In this document: positions 41,013-52,287 of the stretch, in pieces
Layout: every line of letters begins with the position of its first letter
Numbering within the stretch: the first letter of the stretch is position 1
DNA from: Promethearchaeota archaeon
GTDB taxonomy: Archaea > Asgardarchaeota > Lokiarchaeia > Sigyniarchaeales > SOKP01
Reading direction: 5' to 3'
DNA length: 64,000 nt
Assembly: GCA_019058445.1 (NCBI GenBank)
Contig: JAHPZA010000004.1
Coordinates: 290,084 to 354,083, forward strand
Program-made: the position numbers and the translations under genes
The notes under the pieces: model-generated
Databases searched by the model: none
What the model was told of the DNA's origin: nothing
Seen by the model: the letters and a program-made list of their open reading frames with translations, nothing else

Positions 41013-42326
41013 GTGGTATTTTTCATTATTTTACACTTAAATTTTCCACCCTCTTGGTCGTCCGGAACAAAAACGGCAATTGACACTTTCTTTGCTGATC
41101 CTTTAACTTATTGGTGGTTTATATTTCCGTTTATTGGACTAATGATTCTATTGGGATTTATTATTTACTATGGAATATATTTTCTAGCATCGTTTGGTGG
41201 TGGTTATCGAGTTAAAATTCCATATTATGCAAATATAAGTATCTTAATTGCTTCTAAAAATGAAAAAATATTATTAGAGAGAACCTTAAATTCCATTATA
41301 AAATCAAATTATCCTATGGAAAAAATACAATTAGTCATAATAACAAGCGGATCAACAGATGATACTACTGAATATTGTCAAAGATTCGCAAGAGAGCATA
41401 AATCATTAAGCATAGAGGTTTTATCAGAGAATCTTCCAAAAAAGGGAAAACCTCCAGCTCTAAATTATGGTTTAAAATATGTTGAGAATGATATTATTAT
41501 CCTTTATGACTCAGGCTGCATTTTAGAACCGGATACATTAAAGAATTTAATAGCACCATTTCGAGATGAAAAAATTAATGCGGTTATTGGCCCCGTATTA
41601 GTCAAAAATTGGAAAGATAACAAGTTAACCAGAGGTATTTATTTTGATTATGCCTATATGTCCGGTGGTGGACAACTCTTCGAAACTAAAAATAGATTAG
41701 GAGCATCAGCTTATTCATTTGGAAGAAATTTTGCAGTTTCTACAAGATATATTCGTAAATATGGAGGTTTTAATGAAGATTCAATGACCGAGGATCTTTA
41801 TCTCTCAGTGCTTTTAAATTTAGATGGAGTTAAGATTCATTTTTCACCTAAAGCAAGAGTTTATGAATATGTGCCAAATAAATGGGAAATTTTGGTTAAA
41901 CAGCGCACACGATGGATTGCAGGATATACTTATGATATGCCGCAATTAATGGCAATGGAAGGCAAAGACAAGAATGGGAAATCAATAATTATTTCAAGAA
42001 ATATGACTATGACTGTAATTGGAAATATGGATACATGGATTCCTATTATAATCGGATTTGCAATATTTTATTTTATAATCGGTGAATATTATTTACTAAG
42101 TTGGACAATATTATGTTTATTCTTTCAATTTGGCTTTTTATTTAATGCTTTGCGTAAATATGCTGATAGTCATTATAGTCTATTATTCTTTTTTCCAATA
42201 AGTGCTTATATTCATCTATTTATGTTTACATGTCAGTTTAAACTTCCTAAAGAATTAAGCTGGGAAAAAACCCCCATGATTTTAGAAAGACAAGAAGCAG
42301 AAATTAAAGCATTGTCCAGTCAATAG
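41013..42326 (+). CDS. GT2 family membrane glycosyltransferase (QxxRW type)
   Basis: KGKPPALN, YDSG, TEDL and QRTRW, with flanking TM helices. The frame is open upstream to ATT 40977. Confidence 0.9.
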   Translation: MVFFIILHLNFPPSWSSGTKTAIDTFFADPLTYWWFIFPFIGLMILLGFIIYYGIYFLASFGGGYRVKIPYYANISILIASKNEKILLERTLNSIIKSNYPMEKIQLVIITSGSTDDTTEYCQRFAREHKSLSIEVLSENLPKKGKPPALNYGLKYVENDIIILYDSGCILEPDTLKNLIAPFRDEKINAVIGPVLVKNWKDNKLTRGIYFDYAYMSGGGQLFETKNRLGASAYSFGRNFAVSTRYIRKYGGFNEDSMTEDLYLSVLLNLDGVKIHFSPKARVYEYVPNKWEILVKQRTRWIAGYTYDMPQLMAMEGKDKNGKSIIISRNMTMTVIGNMDTWIPIIIGFAIFYFIIGEYYLLSWTILCLFFQFGFLFNALRKYADSHYSLLFFFPISAYIHLFMFTCQFKLPKELSWEKTPMILERQEAEIKALSSQ

Positions 42327-42436
42327 CTACTGTAAATAATTAATTCAGATAATATAATTAATTTTTTATTCCTTAGTTTTTAATTAATATTAAAAATATA
42401 CGTATTCAAATGATCTAAAAAAGAACAGGTAGTTTT

Positions 42437-43942
42437 TTGAAATCTATTGATATTTTGTTTTTGCATCCTCCAAGAATTTTTGCAAAAGATTATCTTGAAG
42501 TGAGAAGTGCCTTTGCTATGTTGCCTGTAGGGCTTGTAGCTCTGGCAGATTATTTAGAACAAAACGGCTATTCTACCCGTATTTTGAACATTCCGATGGA
42601 AATTCATTTTAACAAAAATTTTCGTCTCTCAGAGTATTTAAAATCAGTTGACGTTAAAATTTGTGCTATTGATTTACATTGGATTTTGAATGCGTTTGGT
42701 GCCATTCAAACCGCAGAAATCGTTAAGAAATTTAATTCCAACATAAAGACGATTGTTGGTGGATTTAGTGCTACTCACTTCCATGAAGATGTGATTAATT
42801 ATCCTTCAATAGATGTTGTTGTACGAGGAGAGGGGGAGTATCCACTTCTACAACTGGTAAATCATTTTCTAAAAGGAAGTCCTCAAATGAAAGAGATCCC
42901 AAATATCACTTTTAAACAGAATGGGAAAATATATCAAAACCCAGTGAAATATATCGCAGAAAGTCTTGACTTCCTGAATTTTAGTCGTATGGAATTGATG
43001 GAAAATTGGAAAAATTATACAAAAATGATTCCATCCATCAGTATTATGATGGGACGTTCTTGCCCGTTTAAATGTGGATATTGTGGAGGTGGAAACGATG
43101 CGTATTATAAGCTGCATAAAAGAAGAAATGTGATTTTGAGAGATCCAAAACTTATTGTTGAGGATATTGTTCATTTGAAAAATCTCTATCCTAAATTAAA
43201 ACTCATCGATTTAACTCATGGATATTATCCCGGGATACATCAATTTTGGATGGATCTATTACATTTTATTAAAAACGAAAAGGTTGATCTAGGAGCAATA
43301 TTCGAAGCTTGGGATTTACCAGTAAAAGATTCCTTTTTAAAAGAAGCAGTTAAAACTTTCAATGCTAAAATGTCATTCTTAAATTTTTCCGTGCATTCAT
43401 TTTCAGAACGAGTACGGAAATCCTTTGTAAAGCTTGGAGACCCTAAGTTCAGTTTTTTAAATACTGAAGTGTACAATTTAATTACAAAATGTGGTAAGTA
43501 TTACCTGCCTTTAGTTCTTTGGTTAACTGTAGGCAACCCATATGAGACAGTCCAAGATGTATTGATAAATCTCAAACACCTTTTAAAAATTACCAAAGAT
43601 TATATTCTTAGGAATAAGCAAGCGATTTTATTTATCAATACCGCAATTTTAATAAGTCCAAGCAGTCCAGCATTTTTAAACGAAAAGAAATTTGGAATAG
43701 ATATTAAAGTCAAGAATTTCCGGGATTTTTACAGTCTATTTAGAGATCTTCGCTATTCCATGGGTTTTTTAGATGATCCTGTTAATTATGATACTATCTA
43801 TTTATCTAGAAGAAAAATTAAAATTTTAAATAATGTTTTTCAAGGAATTAGTATCCTTCCCATAATCCTTTCCCTCATTAACCTTAAAACTCATATAAAT
43901 ACACAAATAAGAAAATTAAAAATTCAAAATAGAAAACAATGA
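42437..43942 (+). CDS. cobalamin-binding radical SAM protein (paralogue of 36842)
   Basis: DILFLHPP, AIDLHW, RGEGE and RSCPFKCGYCGG. Confidence 0.9.
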   Translation: MKSIDILFLHPPRIFAKDYLEVRSAFAMLPVGLVALADYLEQNGYSTRILNIPMEIHFNKNFRLSEYLKSVDVKICAIDLHWILNAFGAIQTAEIVKKFNSNIKTIVGGFSATHFHEDVINYPSIDVVVRGEGEYPLLQLVNHFLKGSPQMKEIPNITFKQNGKIYQNPVKYIAESLDFLNFSRMELMENWKNYTKMIPSISIMMGRSCPFKCGYCGGGNDAYYKLHKRRNVILRDPKLIVEDIVHLKNLYPKLKLIDLTHGYYPGIHQFWMDLLHFIKNEKVDLGAIFEAWDLPVKDSFLKEAVKTFNAKMSFLNFSVHSFSERVRKSFVKLGDPKFSFLNTEVYNLITKCGKYYLPLVLWLTVGNPYETVQDVLINLKHLLKITKDYILRNKQAILFINTAILISPSSPAFLNEKKFGIDIKVKNFRDFYSLFRDLRYSMGFLDDPVNYDTIYLSRRKIKILNNVFQGISILPIILSLINLKTHINTQIRKLKIQNRKQ

Positions 43943-43989
43943 GTAATAAACCTTGTTAGATTTAAAAATTAGATTATTCTTTAATCGAT

Positions 43990-44775
43990 TTATTCCTTAT
44001 CTTTTTTAGTAAGAACATGACCATATTTCCATCGAGCAAGTGCTTCAATTGGATAATTATTTAAATTTAATCTACGAAGAACAAAATTAAATAAGCTAAT
44101 GAGAAATACTGCGAAAATCAGGCTTACTATAAGTCCTAGAATACTAATATTAAGGATGTAAATGTATGAATAAATAAACAAAATTCCAAGTATTCCATTG
44201 ACAATTAGCATATAATGAATAAAATCAGTCATTTTGTTTGAATTGATAATATGTCGCTTCATAATACCCTCAATCCCGAACTCGAAGTTGATAAAAATAC
44301 TGAAAAAAGCAATTATTAATATAATTTCTGAAATCTGAGAAATTAGATTTGGAATCATAAAATAAACTGACAATGGAAAAGACGTAATAAAATAAGTGGA
44401 ATAATGTTCCCTATAAAGTGAATGTTGATAAAAAAAGAAGTTTATCAATGCAAAATCAATCGCTATAGCACAAACTGGAGCAGTTTTTGCAGGATTTGTA
44501 TCAAGAACGTGGAGTATAAAAATAAAGGCATATATGGAAAAAATTGCCATACTTAGGTTTAATATTACAAATGACACAAATAGAATTGAAAGAAAAATTT
44601 GTAAGCGTGATGGTATTTTAGTGTTAGTTGGAGGAACTGGGAAGGGGAATTTTAATGGGTAAAAAAACACTTCATATAGCCATACAAATTCAAGGAAGAT
44701 AATAACAAATGTTAAAGTACTGAAAAATTGAAGCTGTAAACAAAACACAATCCAGTTTTTTGATTTTACATTCAT
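43990..44775 (-). CDS. multi-pass membrane protein
   Basis: 261 aa with about seven hydrophobic segments. Confidence 0.65.
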   Translation of the reverse strand: MNVKSKNWIVFCLQLQFFSTLTFVIIFLEFVWLYEVFFYPLKFPFPVPPTNTKIPSRLQIFLSILFVSFVILNLSMAIFSIYAFIFILHVLDTNPAKTAPVCAIAIDFALINFFFYQHSLYREHYSTYFITSFPLSVYFMIPNLISQISEIILIIAFFSIFINFEFGIEGIMKRHIINSNKMTDFIHYMLIVNGILGILFIYSYIYILNISILGLIVSLIFAVFLISLFNFVLRRLNLNNYPIEALARWKYGHVLTKKDKE

Positions 44776-44801
44776 TTTTTCAGTTCTTATTATTTGTATT
44801 G

Positions 44802-45272
44802 TTATATGCTTAAAACGATCAAAAATATGATTGTAAAAATAATATCAACCACTAATAATATTGTATTGATAACAATTCCGAAAATGACAAAAACACTCCC
44901 AGTTTTTTCAACAGGATTTGATGGTTCAAGATCCGCAGCTTTCTTACAATGTTTCTTAGCAGAAAGTCCTAAATTTAATCCTACTATATGAATTATCAAG
45001 AGTATAATCGAACCTATAATCCTAAGTATGATGATCACAATTAATCCAATTACAGCTGTAGCTATTGCCATAATTAAGGATGCTAATGCAAAGCCTAAAC
45101 ATTTATTTGAATGAGGGTTAGGTCTTCCAACATTCTTTTCAATTGTTTGGACTGGAGGAATTATATCAATTTTTGATTGAGTTTCAACAATATTTGAAAT
45201 TTGACTTCCGCAATTTGGGCAAAAATTTAGGGCATTATCGTCTAAATTAGTACCACAGTGTGGACAATACAT
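44802..45272 (-). CDS. zinc-ribbon plus DUF4190-like membrane protein
   Basis: YCPHCG...FCPNCG followed by about three TM helices. Confidence 0.8.
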   Translation of the reverse strand: MYCPHCGTNLDDNALNFCPNCGSQISNIVETQSKIDIIPPVQTIEKNVGRPNPHSNKCLGFALASLIMAIATAVIGLIVIIILRIIGSIILLIIHIVGLNLGLSAKKHCKKAADLEPSNPVEKTGSVFVIFGIVINTILLVVDIIFTIIFLIVLSI

Positions 45273-45424
45273 GATTTTTTCTTCCGTAAGTTTCTTTCAA
45301 CTAGACTCGCTTATTAAAAAGTAATTATATTCATATTTAAATTTTTATTTCCTATTAAGATACGATTAAAAGAAAGTTAATAACGATGGATACTTATAAA
45401 ATTCTTGTTATTAATTTTGCCAGT

Positions 45425-46510
45425 TTAATACTTTTTATTTATCTCTCTTTTTTCGGATTCAGTAAATTGGCGCACAACTTTAGCAGGGGCACCATAAGCT
45501 ACTGAATATTCCGGGATATCGTCTGATACGATTGATCCTGCTCCGATTATGGATCCCTTACCAATTGTGACCCCCGGTAATATAATGGAATATGCTCCTA
45601 TTCTCGCATTCTCACAAACTTTAATAGGTCCAAAACTGAAGCTGCCATGCTTTACATTCATTACGTTGTGGGTTAATAATTGAACTCCAATGCCACAGCC
45701 ACTTCCATCTTCAAATTCAATCAATTCTGGCAAAAGGGGATCGGGTATCGATCGTGATGAGATATGGCAATTTCTTCCGATTTTCATTCCAATAAATCGA
45801 AATAACGCAATCCTGGCTCGTGGCCATCCGATCAAATACGTAATGATCATAGAAAATAAATGATTAAATGCACCTTTCACAAACCAGGATATGGAAAAAC
45901 CTTTATTCCGTAGATATTTAGCAATAATAAGAATTGGTATGGGAGTGAAGATATGCTCGTCAGTATCAATATCAATGTAAGTAATTTTTCCTTTAGTTTT
46001 AATTTCAAATTCCGGTCGACTTTGGTGCCACATTTTTCTAGCTTTAACTAAATCCTTCAGAAACATATAGAAATCTACATTTACTAACAATAGGATTAAA
46101 CTAAATATAAAAATAAAGGGTAAGAAGAGAAAAAATAGCATTAATCTAGTATTAAGTGTAAGATCTTGATTAAATAATATGCTAAAATACGCATACAATA
46201 GTCCTATTAAAATAATTATCGTGAATCCTAGAAAACTAGAGACATATATTATTGAACCGCTTAATTGTCTATTTTTTGCTAAATTATAACCTAAGATAAA
46301 CAAAAACAACAAAATAACAAAAGCAATAAAAATTCCGCCATAGATAAAGATACCTAACTCATGGAAAATTAGTACCAACCAATGCATAAGATAATTATAA
46401 AGTGCATCTATCCATGGATTTGAATAAAATATTCGAGTGAATATAAATAAGATGATAAATAACGAATTGAAAACAAATAGAATAGATAATAATATAAATC
46501 TTTTTTTCAT
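45425..46510 (-). CDS. membrane-anchored hexapeptide-repeat O-acyltransferase
   Basis: About four N-terminal TM helices; IGAYSIILPGVTIGKGSIIGAGSIV...GAPAK left-handed beta-helix. Confidence 0.88.
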   Translation of the reverse strand: MKKRFILLSILFVFNSLFIILFIFTRIFYSNPWIDALYNYLMHWLVLIFHELGIFIYGGIFIAFVILLFLFILGYNLAKNRQLSGSIIYVSSFLGFTIIILIGLLYAYFSILFNQDLTLNTRLMLFFLFLPFIFIFSLILLLVNVDFYMFLKDLVKARKMWHQSRPEFEIKTKGKITYIDIDTDEHIFTPIPILIIAKYLRNKGFSISWFVKGAFNHLFSMIITYLIGWPRARIALFRFIGMKIGRNCHISSRSIPDPLLPELIEFEDGSGCGIGVQLLTHNVMNVKHGSFSFGPIKVCENARIGAYSIILPGVTIGKGSIIGAGSIVSDDIPEYSVAYGAPAKVVRQFTESEKREINKKY

Positions 46511-46634
46511 TTTAACAATTCAAATTTAAAACTTTTATAGAATAATAAAAAATCATCTTTTAATAATAAATACATTTTTGATAATTAAAAGAATCATTTA
46601 TAAGCTCAATAACCAATCTACTTAAAAAATTAAA

Positions 46635-47402
46635 ATGAATTCAATTAATCAGAAAAGTTCGCCTAAAATTTCAGTAGTCATCCCGACTTATAATGAGGAA
46701 AAGTTCATAAAGGATACTTTAATGGCAATTAAAAAGCAGAATTGCGATATCCCTTATGAAATTATTGTAGTTGACGGTCAAAGTTCTGATAATACTGTTG
46801 CTATAGCTAGGGATTTTGCTAAAGTGTACATTTCTCCTCAAAAGAGCAGGGTATTTCAATTAAATTACGGCGCGTTAAAAGCAACTGGAGAATTAATTCT
46901 TTTTTTGGATGCAGATACCCTAGTTAAACCATATTTTCTTCAGAAGCTCTATAAGAAGTTCCAAAAAGATAAAAATCTTTTTGCGTGTGCTGCAAGATTT
47001 AAATATTATGATGGAATTGCTATTTCATTTAATATTGGTTTTCTGTCAATAATAATAACTCGGTATTTTTTTCTTAACGTATGCATGCATATATGGTATT
47101 TCTTTAAAAATTTATTAGGTTATCCAGAGCTTTGTGGATGTAATACAATTGTTAGAAGAGATATATTTTTTAAGATTGATGGTTTTAAGGAACCACCTGA
47201 AGGTTTAGGAGCCGATAAGGTTTTCTCCGATTCTTTATTATATCTTATTAGAAAAATGAAAAGAGGCAAGATTAAAACATTAACATTTATTTCTGTGTTA
47301 ACAAGCGAAAGAAATTTAACCATAAAAAGAAGTTATAAGCGTTTGAGACAATATTCTTCGATGAAAGATACGTATTACGAATTAGCAAGAAAAATTCAGT
47401 AA
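46635..47402 (+). CDS. GT2 family glycosyltransferase
   Basis: ISVVIPTYNEE, VVDGQSSDNT and FLDADT. Confidence 0.93.
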   Translation: MNSINQKSSPKISVVIPTYNEEKFIKDTLMAIKKQNCDIPYEIIVVDGQSSDNTVAIARDFAKVYISPQKSRVFQLNYGALKATGELILFLDADTLVKPYFLQKLYKKFQKDKNLFACAARFKYYDGIAISFNIGFLSIIITRYFFLNVCMHIWYFFKNLLGYPELCGCNTIVRRDIFFKIDGFKEPPEGLGADKVFSDSLLYLIRKMKRGKIKTLTFISVLTSERNLTIKRSYKRLRQYSSMKDTYYELARKIQ

Positions 47403-47448
47403 AAAAGTAAGAATTTTTTACTAACCTAAATTTTTAGCCATTTTTACA

Positions 47449-48639
47449 TTATAATTTATATGCGTCCAAGCTAAAGAGTGAACTGCATCCTTTTCCAACA
47501 GAGGGGGTTAGTCGCCCTATAACCCGGAAAATAGCTCCCTTCCTTCCACATTCAGGACACTCTTTCCAATTTTCGACTTGAACAATGTCATCTAGCAATA
47601 CTGCAACCCCTGCATAGCTATCCACACCATAGGGGGTTATAAATTCTAATACGCCGGGCATTCCTGTTTTTTTTATCGGTTCTAGTGTATCGATATTACG
47701 GAGTGCTAGTCGACCTTTATAATTGTCAACATGAAATAGAAAATCATTATATTTTTTTGACCAGTGCCCTCCGCAAGCTAAGGGGCTTTCAGTTGCAGCA
47801 AAATTATCACAGAATTTATCTATGGTAATGTTAAACATATCACACATCTGTTCAATGAATTCGGGTTTTTCCACTTTATATCCTAATTTAACCCGTCCTT
47901 TTGTTCCCTCCCAGCCACCCCCGCCAGTAATTATATTAAAATTTTCGCTTAAGTCAAGGGTTTTTTTCTTAGCTTTATAAAAGTCTAATAATACTTTGTG
48001 CATCCATAAGGGGGAGTTAGCCATAATAGTCGGAATTTTATTTCTTTCAACCCGATCCAGTTCAGAATCCAGAAGTTTTCCATTTATACCAATTACCGCC
48101 CTTGGTTTAAATGTGGTCATTAATTTCCAAATTGTTCTCCAAGCAAAGAACTGCAATAAATAGTGAACTTTTTTTCCCTCCCAAATATCCACTATGCTCT
48201 TATATAAAAGATATGCGTTCTTATCATAGAAATTATGCCTTATTTTGTTTATAAATCTTATATTAGGGGCAAAAAGGATTAAATTATTTACCTGGTCTTT
48301 AACTGAAAAAGTATTAAACACATCATTATAGTTTGCTTTTAGCACTTGAATATCATTTTCAAGCCTTCCAACGATACTAGGATCGCCTGTTGTTGATGAT
48401 GATTCCATCCAATAATCTAATTTATTGAAAGTATCTCCTCGCAACAATTCTTTGAATTTATTGGAGGATTGTTTGAAAAAACTCCATGGAATATATGGAA
48501 TTTCTCCTAAATTCGTGTCGTTTAATGAAACGTCAAGATCGTATTCAACTTCATCACAACGATTTTTATAGATTTTACAATCTTGTGCGGTTTCTTTTAC
48601 CGTTTTAGCTAAATCATCATAAAATTTATTAGAACTCAT
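47449..48639 (-). CDS. LuxE-like acyl-protein synthetase (adenylate-forming)
   Basis: SSSTTGDPS, TGGGGW, ATE, LLDD and GRL...GKGCS with the C-terminal acyl-accepting Cys. Confidence 0.75.
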   Translation of the reverse strand: MSSNKFYDDLAKTVKETAQDCKIYKNRCDEVEYDLDVSLNDTNLGEIPYIPWSFFKQSSNKFKELLRGDTFNKLDYWMESSSTTGDPSIVGRLENDIQVLKANYNDVFNTFSVKDQVNNLILFAPNIRFINKIRHNFYDKNAYLLYKSIVDIWEGKKVHYLLQFFAWRTIWKLMTTFKPRAVIGINGKLLDSELDRVERNKIPTIMANSPLWMHKVLLDFYKAKKKTLDLSENFNIITGGGGWEGTKGRVKLGYKVEKPEFIEQMCDMFNITIDKFCDNFAATESPLACGGHWSKKYNDFLFHVDNYKGRLALRNIDTLEPIKKTGMPGVLEFITPYGVDSYAGVAVLLDDIVQVENWKECPECGRKGAIFRVIGRLTPSVGKGCSSLFSLDAYKL

Positions 48640-48973
48640 AAAAAATGATGATATAATTATTTAATTTTTATTTCTATTGTGCATTAAGCTAATTAGTTAT
48701 TACTATTATTCATTAAGATTGTTAAATATTTTAAATTTTGTATTATACTCAATATCATTTATTGTTAAATGAACGTTTTAGTAAAATTCGTTCACTTTTA
48801 ACATTTTAAAGTTATTTTCAATTCATATATAAAGAATAGATTTTAATTCAGTAGACAAACTCAACGTGAAATAGAGAAAAAGCTATTTAATACATCTATA
48901 ATTCTTTAATATTTAAAATAAAGTAGGATATAAGCCAGCGGTCGAAAATTTTAAAAATTCTTTAGGCTTTAAA

Positions 48974-49729
48974 TTAGAGTTTACTAATAATCCACTTAAG
49001 AACGTTTTCTTCATGATTCTCAAAGCCATGTCCAGCATCAATTAAAATATATCTCTCTTTACTAAGATTATATTTATCTATGATTAATTTTCCACTCTTT
49101 TCAAAAGGTATGTACTCATCTTTAGTTCCGTGGATGATATAAGCTTTCTTAATCAACTCTTCTGTAAGATAATATTTTGGCATGAAAAGGGTCTTTCCCC
49201 CCGAAACAAAGTTTATAAATTGCTTAAACCACCATGGTGGGCTAAGTGATGCTTTAAATGTTTTTAGCATTTTTTTTCCGATTGACACCAAGGATCGATT
49301 TTTTTCCTCCTTCGCATCTGCAACCATAAAATCTTCAATAGAATACAGAGTAGATAAGGCAAAAACTATATCAACTCTAGGATCTTGTATGCCAATTGTT
49401 AAGGCAGCCACTGCGCCCAGGCTGTGGCCAATTAAAATCACACGATCAGGGCCTTTATCTCTTTCTTCCATTTTATGGATTGCGGCATCAATTGCATATT
49501 GAATATCTTGAATTTGATTCTCAAAGTCAAATAAAAAACCACCGCTTTTCCCTTGGCCCCTCAAATCATATGCGAAAGTTGAAAATCCATAATTATCTTC
49601 AAGTGGTTCGCACCATTTTTCCGCACCGATTGTATTTCCCCCTGCTCCTGGTGACCATATAACCAAATTTCTTCCACAACCGGCCATACGACCGTGTAAT
49701 GTTGTACCATCCCTTGTTGTAAAAAACAT
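48974..49729 (-). CDS. alpha/beta hydrolase (lipase/thioesterase-like)
   Basis: DLRGQGKS, GHSLG, HGTKD and AGH catalytic triad motifs. Confidence 0.9.
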   Translation of the reverse strand: MFFTTRDGTTLHGRMAGCGRNLVIWSPGAGGNTIGAEKWCEPLEDNYGFSTFAYDLRGQGKSGGFLFDFENQIQDIQYAIDAAIHKMEERDKGPDRVILIGHSLGAVAALTIGIQDPRVDIVFALSTLYSIEDFMVADAKEEKNRSLVSIGKKMLKTFKASLSPPWWFKQFINFVSGGKTLFMPKYYLTEELIKKAYIIHGTKDEYIPFEKSGKLIIDKYNLSKERYILIDAGHGFENHEENVLKWIISKL

Positions 49730-49963
49730 ATCTCATTCACTTTTTTAATTTTAATCTTTAATAATTAATAATTTAAGTTTATTAAAGGGTTTCAGATCTT
49801 ATTTAATGAATCTTTGCATAATAATGTCAGCATAATTTTGGTTATTATATTTATTCTAAAATTGTTTAGAATCAAATTAAAAGAGGATTTAAATGAATCT
49901 TTTAATAAAATTTAATATAAATGAAATTTGTGTATTTTATATCGTAAATCACTTACTTAAATA

Positions 49964-50725
49964 ATGAAAATAGCGTTAACCTTTGATATTGAAAGGGATA
50001 ATCCTAATTTTTTAGATTCTTACTTCGGAGTAAAAGTTGGACTTCAGAAAATTAGAAGAATTTTAGAGAATTATAATATTAAAGGGACATTTTTCTGTAC
50101 GGGGAATGTTGTTGAGCATCTACCAGAAGATATAAGAGTTCTTGAGAAAGAGGGTCATGAAATCGCTTGCCATGGTTTAAATCATGAACGTTTAGTCCAG
50201 TTAACTTTTAATAAGTGTCAAGAAATAATTTCTCAAAATAAGAAACTATTGGAAGATACCTGCCAAAATTCAAAAATTGTTGGATTTAGAGCTCCATATT
50301 TAAGGGCTCCAAGATACTTATTTAAGATACTAGAGAATCTAGGATTTGAATATGATTCTTCGATTAAATCTTCAAAAAGTCTGAAAGCTTATCAAACAAG
50401 GCAAAATAAAATTCAAGAATTTCATCCATCAGAATTTAGCGCATTTTTTAGATTGCCTTTAAGTTACTCCCTTTTGCGAAAAAAAATTTTTAAAAAAGAA
50501 TTAGTAATCTTATATTTTCATCCATGGGAAGCAATAAATATGAAAAATTTAGCTTTTACTCAAAGTAATTTGTTTAATTTTGTTAAATATTTTCAATTTA
50601 GACCTGATCGTTGGATTAATACTGGTAATTGTTTTACTGCTAGGTTTATTAGTTTTATAAAAGAATCAATTTCTAAAAAAGCTAAATTCATGACCTTAAA
50701 CCAATTATATTGTGAAAAATATTAA
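49964..50725 (+). CDS. polysaccharide deacetylase (CE4) family protein
   Basis: LTFDIE, HEIACHGLNH, GFRAP and YFHPWE. Confidence 0.92.
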   Translation: MKIALTFDIERDNPNFLDSYFGVKVGLQKIRRILENYNIKGTFFCTGNVVEHLPEDIRVLEKEGHEIACHGLNHERLVQLTFNKCQEIISQNKKLLEDTCQNSKIVGFRAPYLRAPRYLFKILENLGFEYDSSIKSSKSLKAYQTRQNKIQEFHPSEFSAFFRLPLSYSLLRKKIFKKELVILYFHPWEAINMKNLAFTQSNLFNFVKYFQFRPDRWINTGNCFTARFISFIKESISKKAKFMTLNQLYCEKY

Positions 50726-50809
50726 TTAAGTGAGAGTATCCATATTTTTATGGGTAATTGTATCAAAAGTAATCGTTTTTTAAAATTTTTTAGAAAGAAA
50801 GGGACTATT

Positions 50810-51964
50810 TCATTCAAAATTCGTCGGAATTTTTAGATCGAACCGAGCAACTGTTTTTTTAGTAATATCCGAAATATCTGTAAGTTCTTGGGAGGAGAAA
50901 TTATACGTATAATACGTTGGTTTATGTAAATGCTTAATATAATATTGTTTAACATGATCAAAAACTTCATACTCAAGCTTAGTATGCTCAAGGATTTGTT
51001 CAATAATTTTCTTAGGATTTTCGCATAAATCCTCAAACTTGACTACGAGTGTTGCATTTTGAATTTGTTTATTGACATCCAGAAGTTTAGCAACAAATTC
51101 ATAGATAGAATTCCAATAGTATGCCCAACCCTTTACATATGTGGTATCATTACTCCATAATGTACGAATTCTACTTATCAAATCTGTATTCCCAACGTTA
51201 ATGCACACTTGATTATGTCCAAATTCATGATGTCCGATAATTCTTAACCAATCTTTTAAAAAAGGATTTTGATGTTCCAATTTTATGATTAATTCGGATT
51301 GTTTAATTAAAGATGCAATCTGATCAACTGGATTGCGAATAATAACTAAAAATTTAGACTTCGGGAATAATCTAAGCAAATATTCCAGTCTTGTGATATT
51401 ATAATTATTTTTAGCTAAGTAGCGGGAAGCTTTTTGACATAAAATAAGCTTTCGAATGTGAGTAAGATAAAATTTCTCAAAATTAGGATAGTTTTCATTT
51501 GCCGAAATGATATTCGAAATATTTTCATTATGGCATCCTTTAAAGAAGTCTTGCCAAAAAATTTCTTCTATCGCCTCAGGACTATCGTATGTGACAAATA
51601 TTCCATCCTTATGGATCCGCTGAATAGGTGGTGCGAATTTAAAATTCTTTCTTAGAACCTTCCCAATCCAATAAGGAGTATACGGTATAAGAAAGTGCTT
51701 ATATTGGTGTGATGCTAAATCCGGATGTTGATGTAACATTTCTAAAACGATTGTTGTACCTGCACGCGCAAGTCCAGTTATGTAGATTGGACTCTTGATG
51801 CCCATTTTAACTGTATCATTATTTAACATCCTTGTTTCAAATCTATCAAGAAAATATGAGAATGGTTTAAACGCGTCAAAAAATTTAGATATAACATATC
51901 CTCCCGCATATCCGAGGATGGGAAACTCTGGTGAGTCCTGGTTTTTCGATTTATTTATTATCAT
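50810..51964 (-). CDS. PAPS-dependent sulfotransferase
   Basis: GLARAGTT (5'-PSB), RNPVDQIAS (3'-PB) and FEDL. Confidence 0.9.
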   Translation of the reverse strand: MIINKSKNQDSPEFPILGYAGGYVISKFFDAFKPFSYFLDRFETRMLNNDTVKMGIKSPIYITGLARAGTTIVLEMLHQHPDLASHQYKHFLIPYTPYWIGKVLRKNFKFAPPIQRIHKDGIFVTYDSPEAIEEIFWQDFFKGCHNENISNIISANENYPNFEKFYLTHIRKLILCQKASRYLAKNNYNITRLEYLLRLFPKSKFLVIIRNPVDQIASLIKQSELIIKLEHQNPFLKDWLRIIGHHEFGHNQVCINVGNTDLISRIRTLWSNDTTYVKGWAYYWNSIYEFVAKLLDVNKQIQNATLVVKFEDLCENPKKIIEQILEHTKLEYEVFDHVKQYYIKHLHKPTYYTYNFSSQELTDISDITKKTVARFDLKIPTNFE

Positions 51965-52287
51965 TACTTATGCTTTTGAATGGAATAAAAAATATCCAGT
52001 TTATTTTTAGAATACTTATGAGATTTACTCTCAATATTTAAATAATCTTATAAAAAATAAGAGTATTTGTTAATCGTAAGATAACACTATTTTAAAAGAT
52101 TTTACTTCGAAATTATAAAGTTTGGAAAATATCTTAGCAAAATTTATTGATCTTGTAAAAGTGATAAAAACCTAGGAGACCAATGGAATCAAAACATGAA
52201 TACTGAATAACTGGAATAATGACGTTTTAGCTCTAAAGATAATTTTAAATTGTTTTATTAGCTAATATTTTTAACACAAGATTTAAT

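Noticed and set aside
52183-52230. SD-preceded mini-ORF MESKHEY-TGA-ITGIMTF upstream of the tandem B12 radical SAMs, considered as a RiPP precursor or selenopeptide
   Set aside because: Only seven codons precede the TGA, there is no recognisable SECIS-like hairpin or precursor feature, and chance occurrence is plausible.
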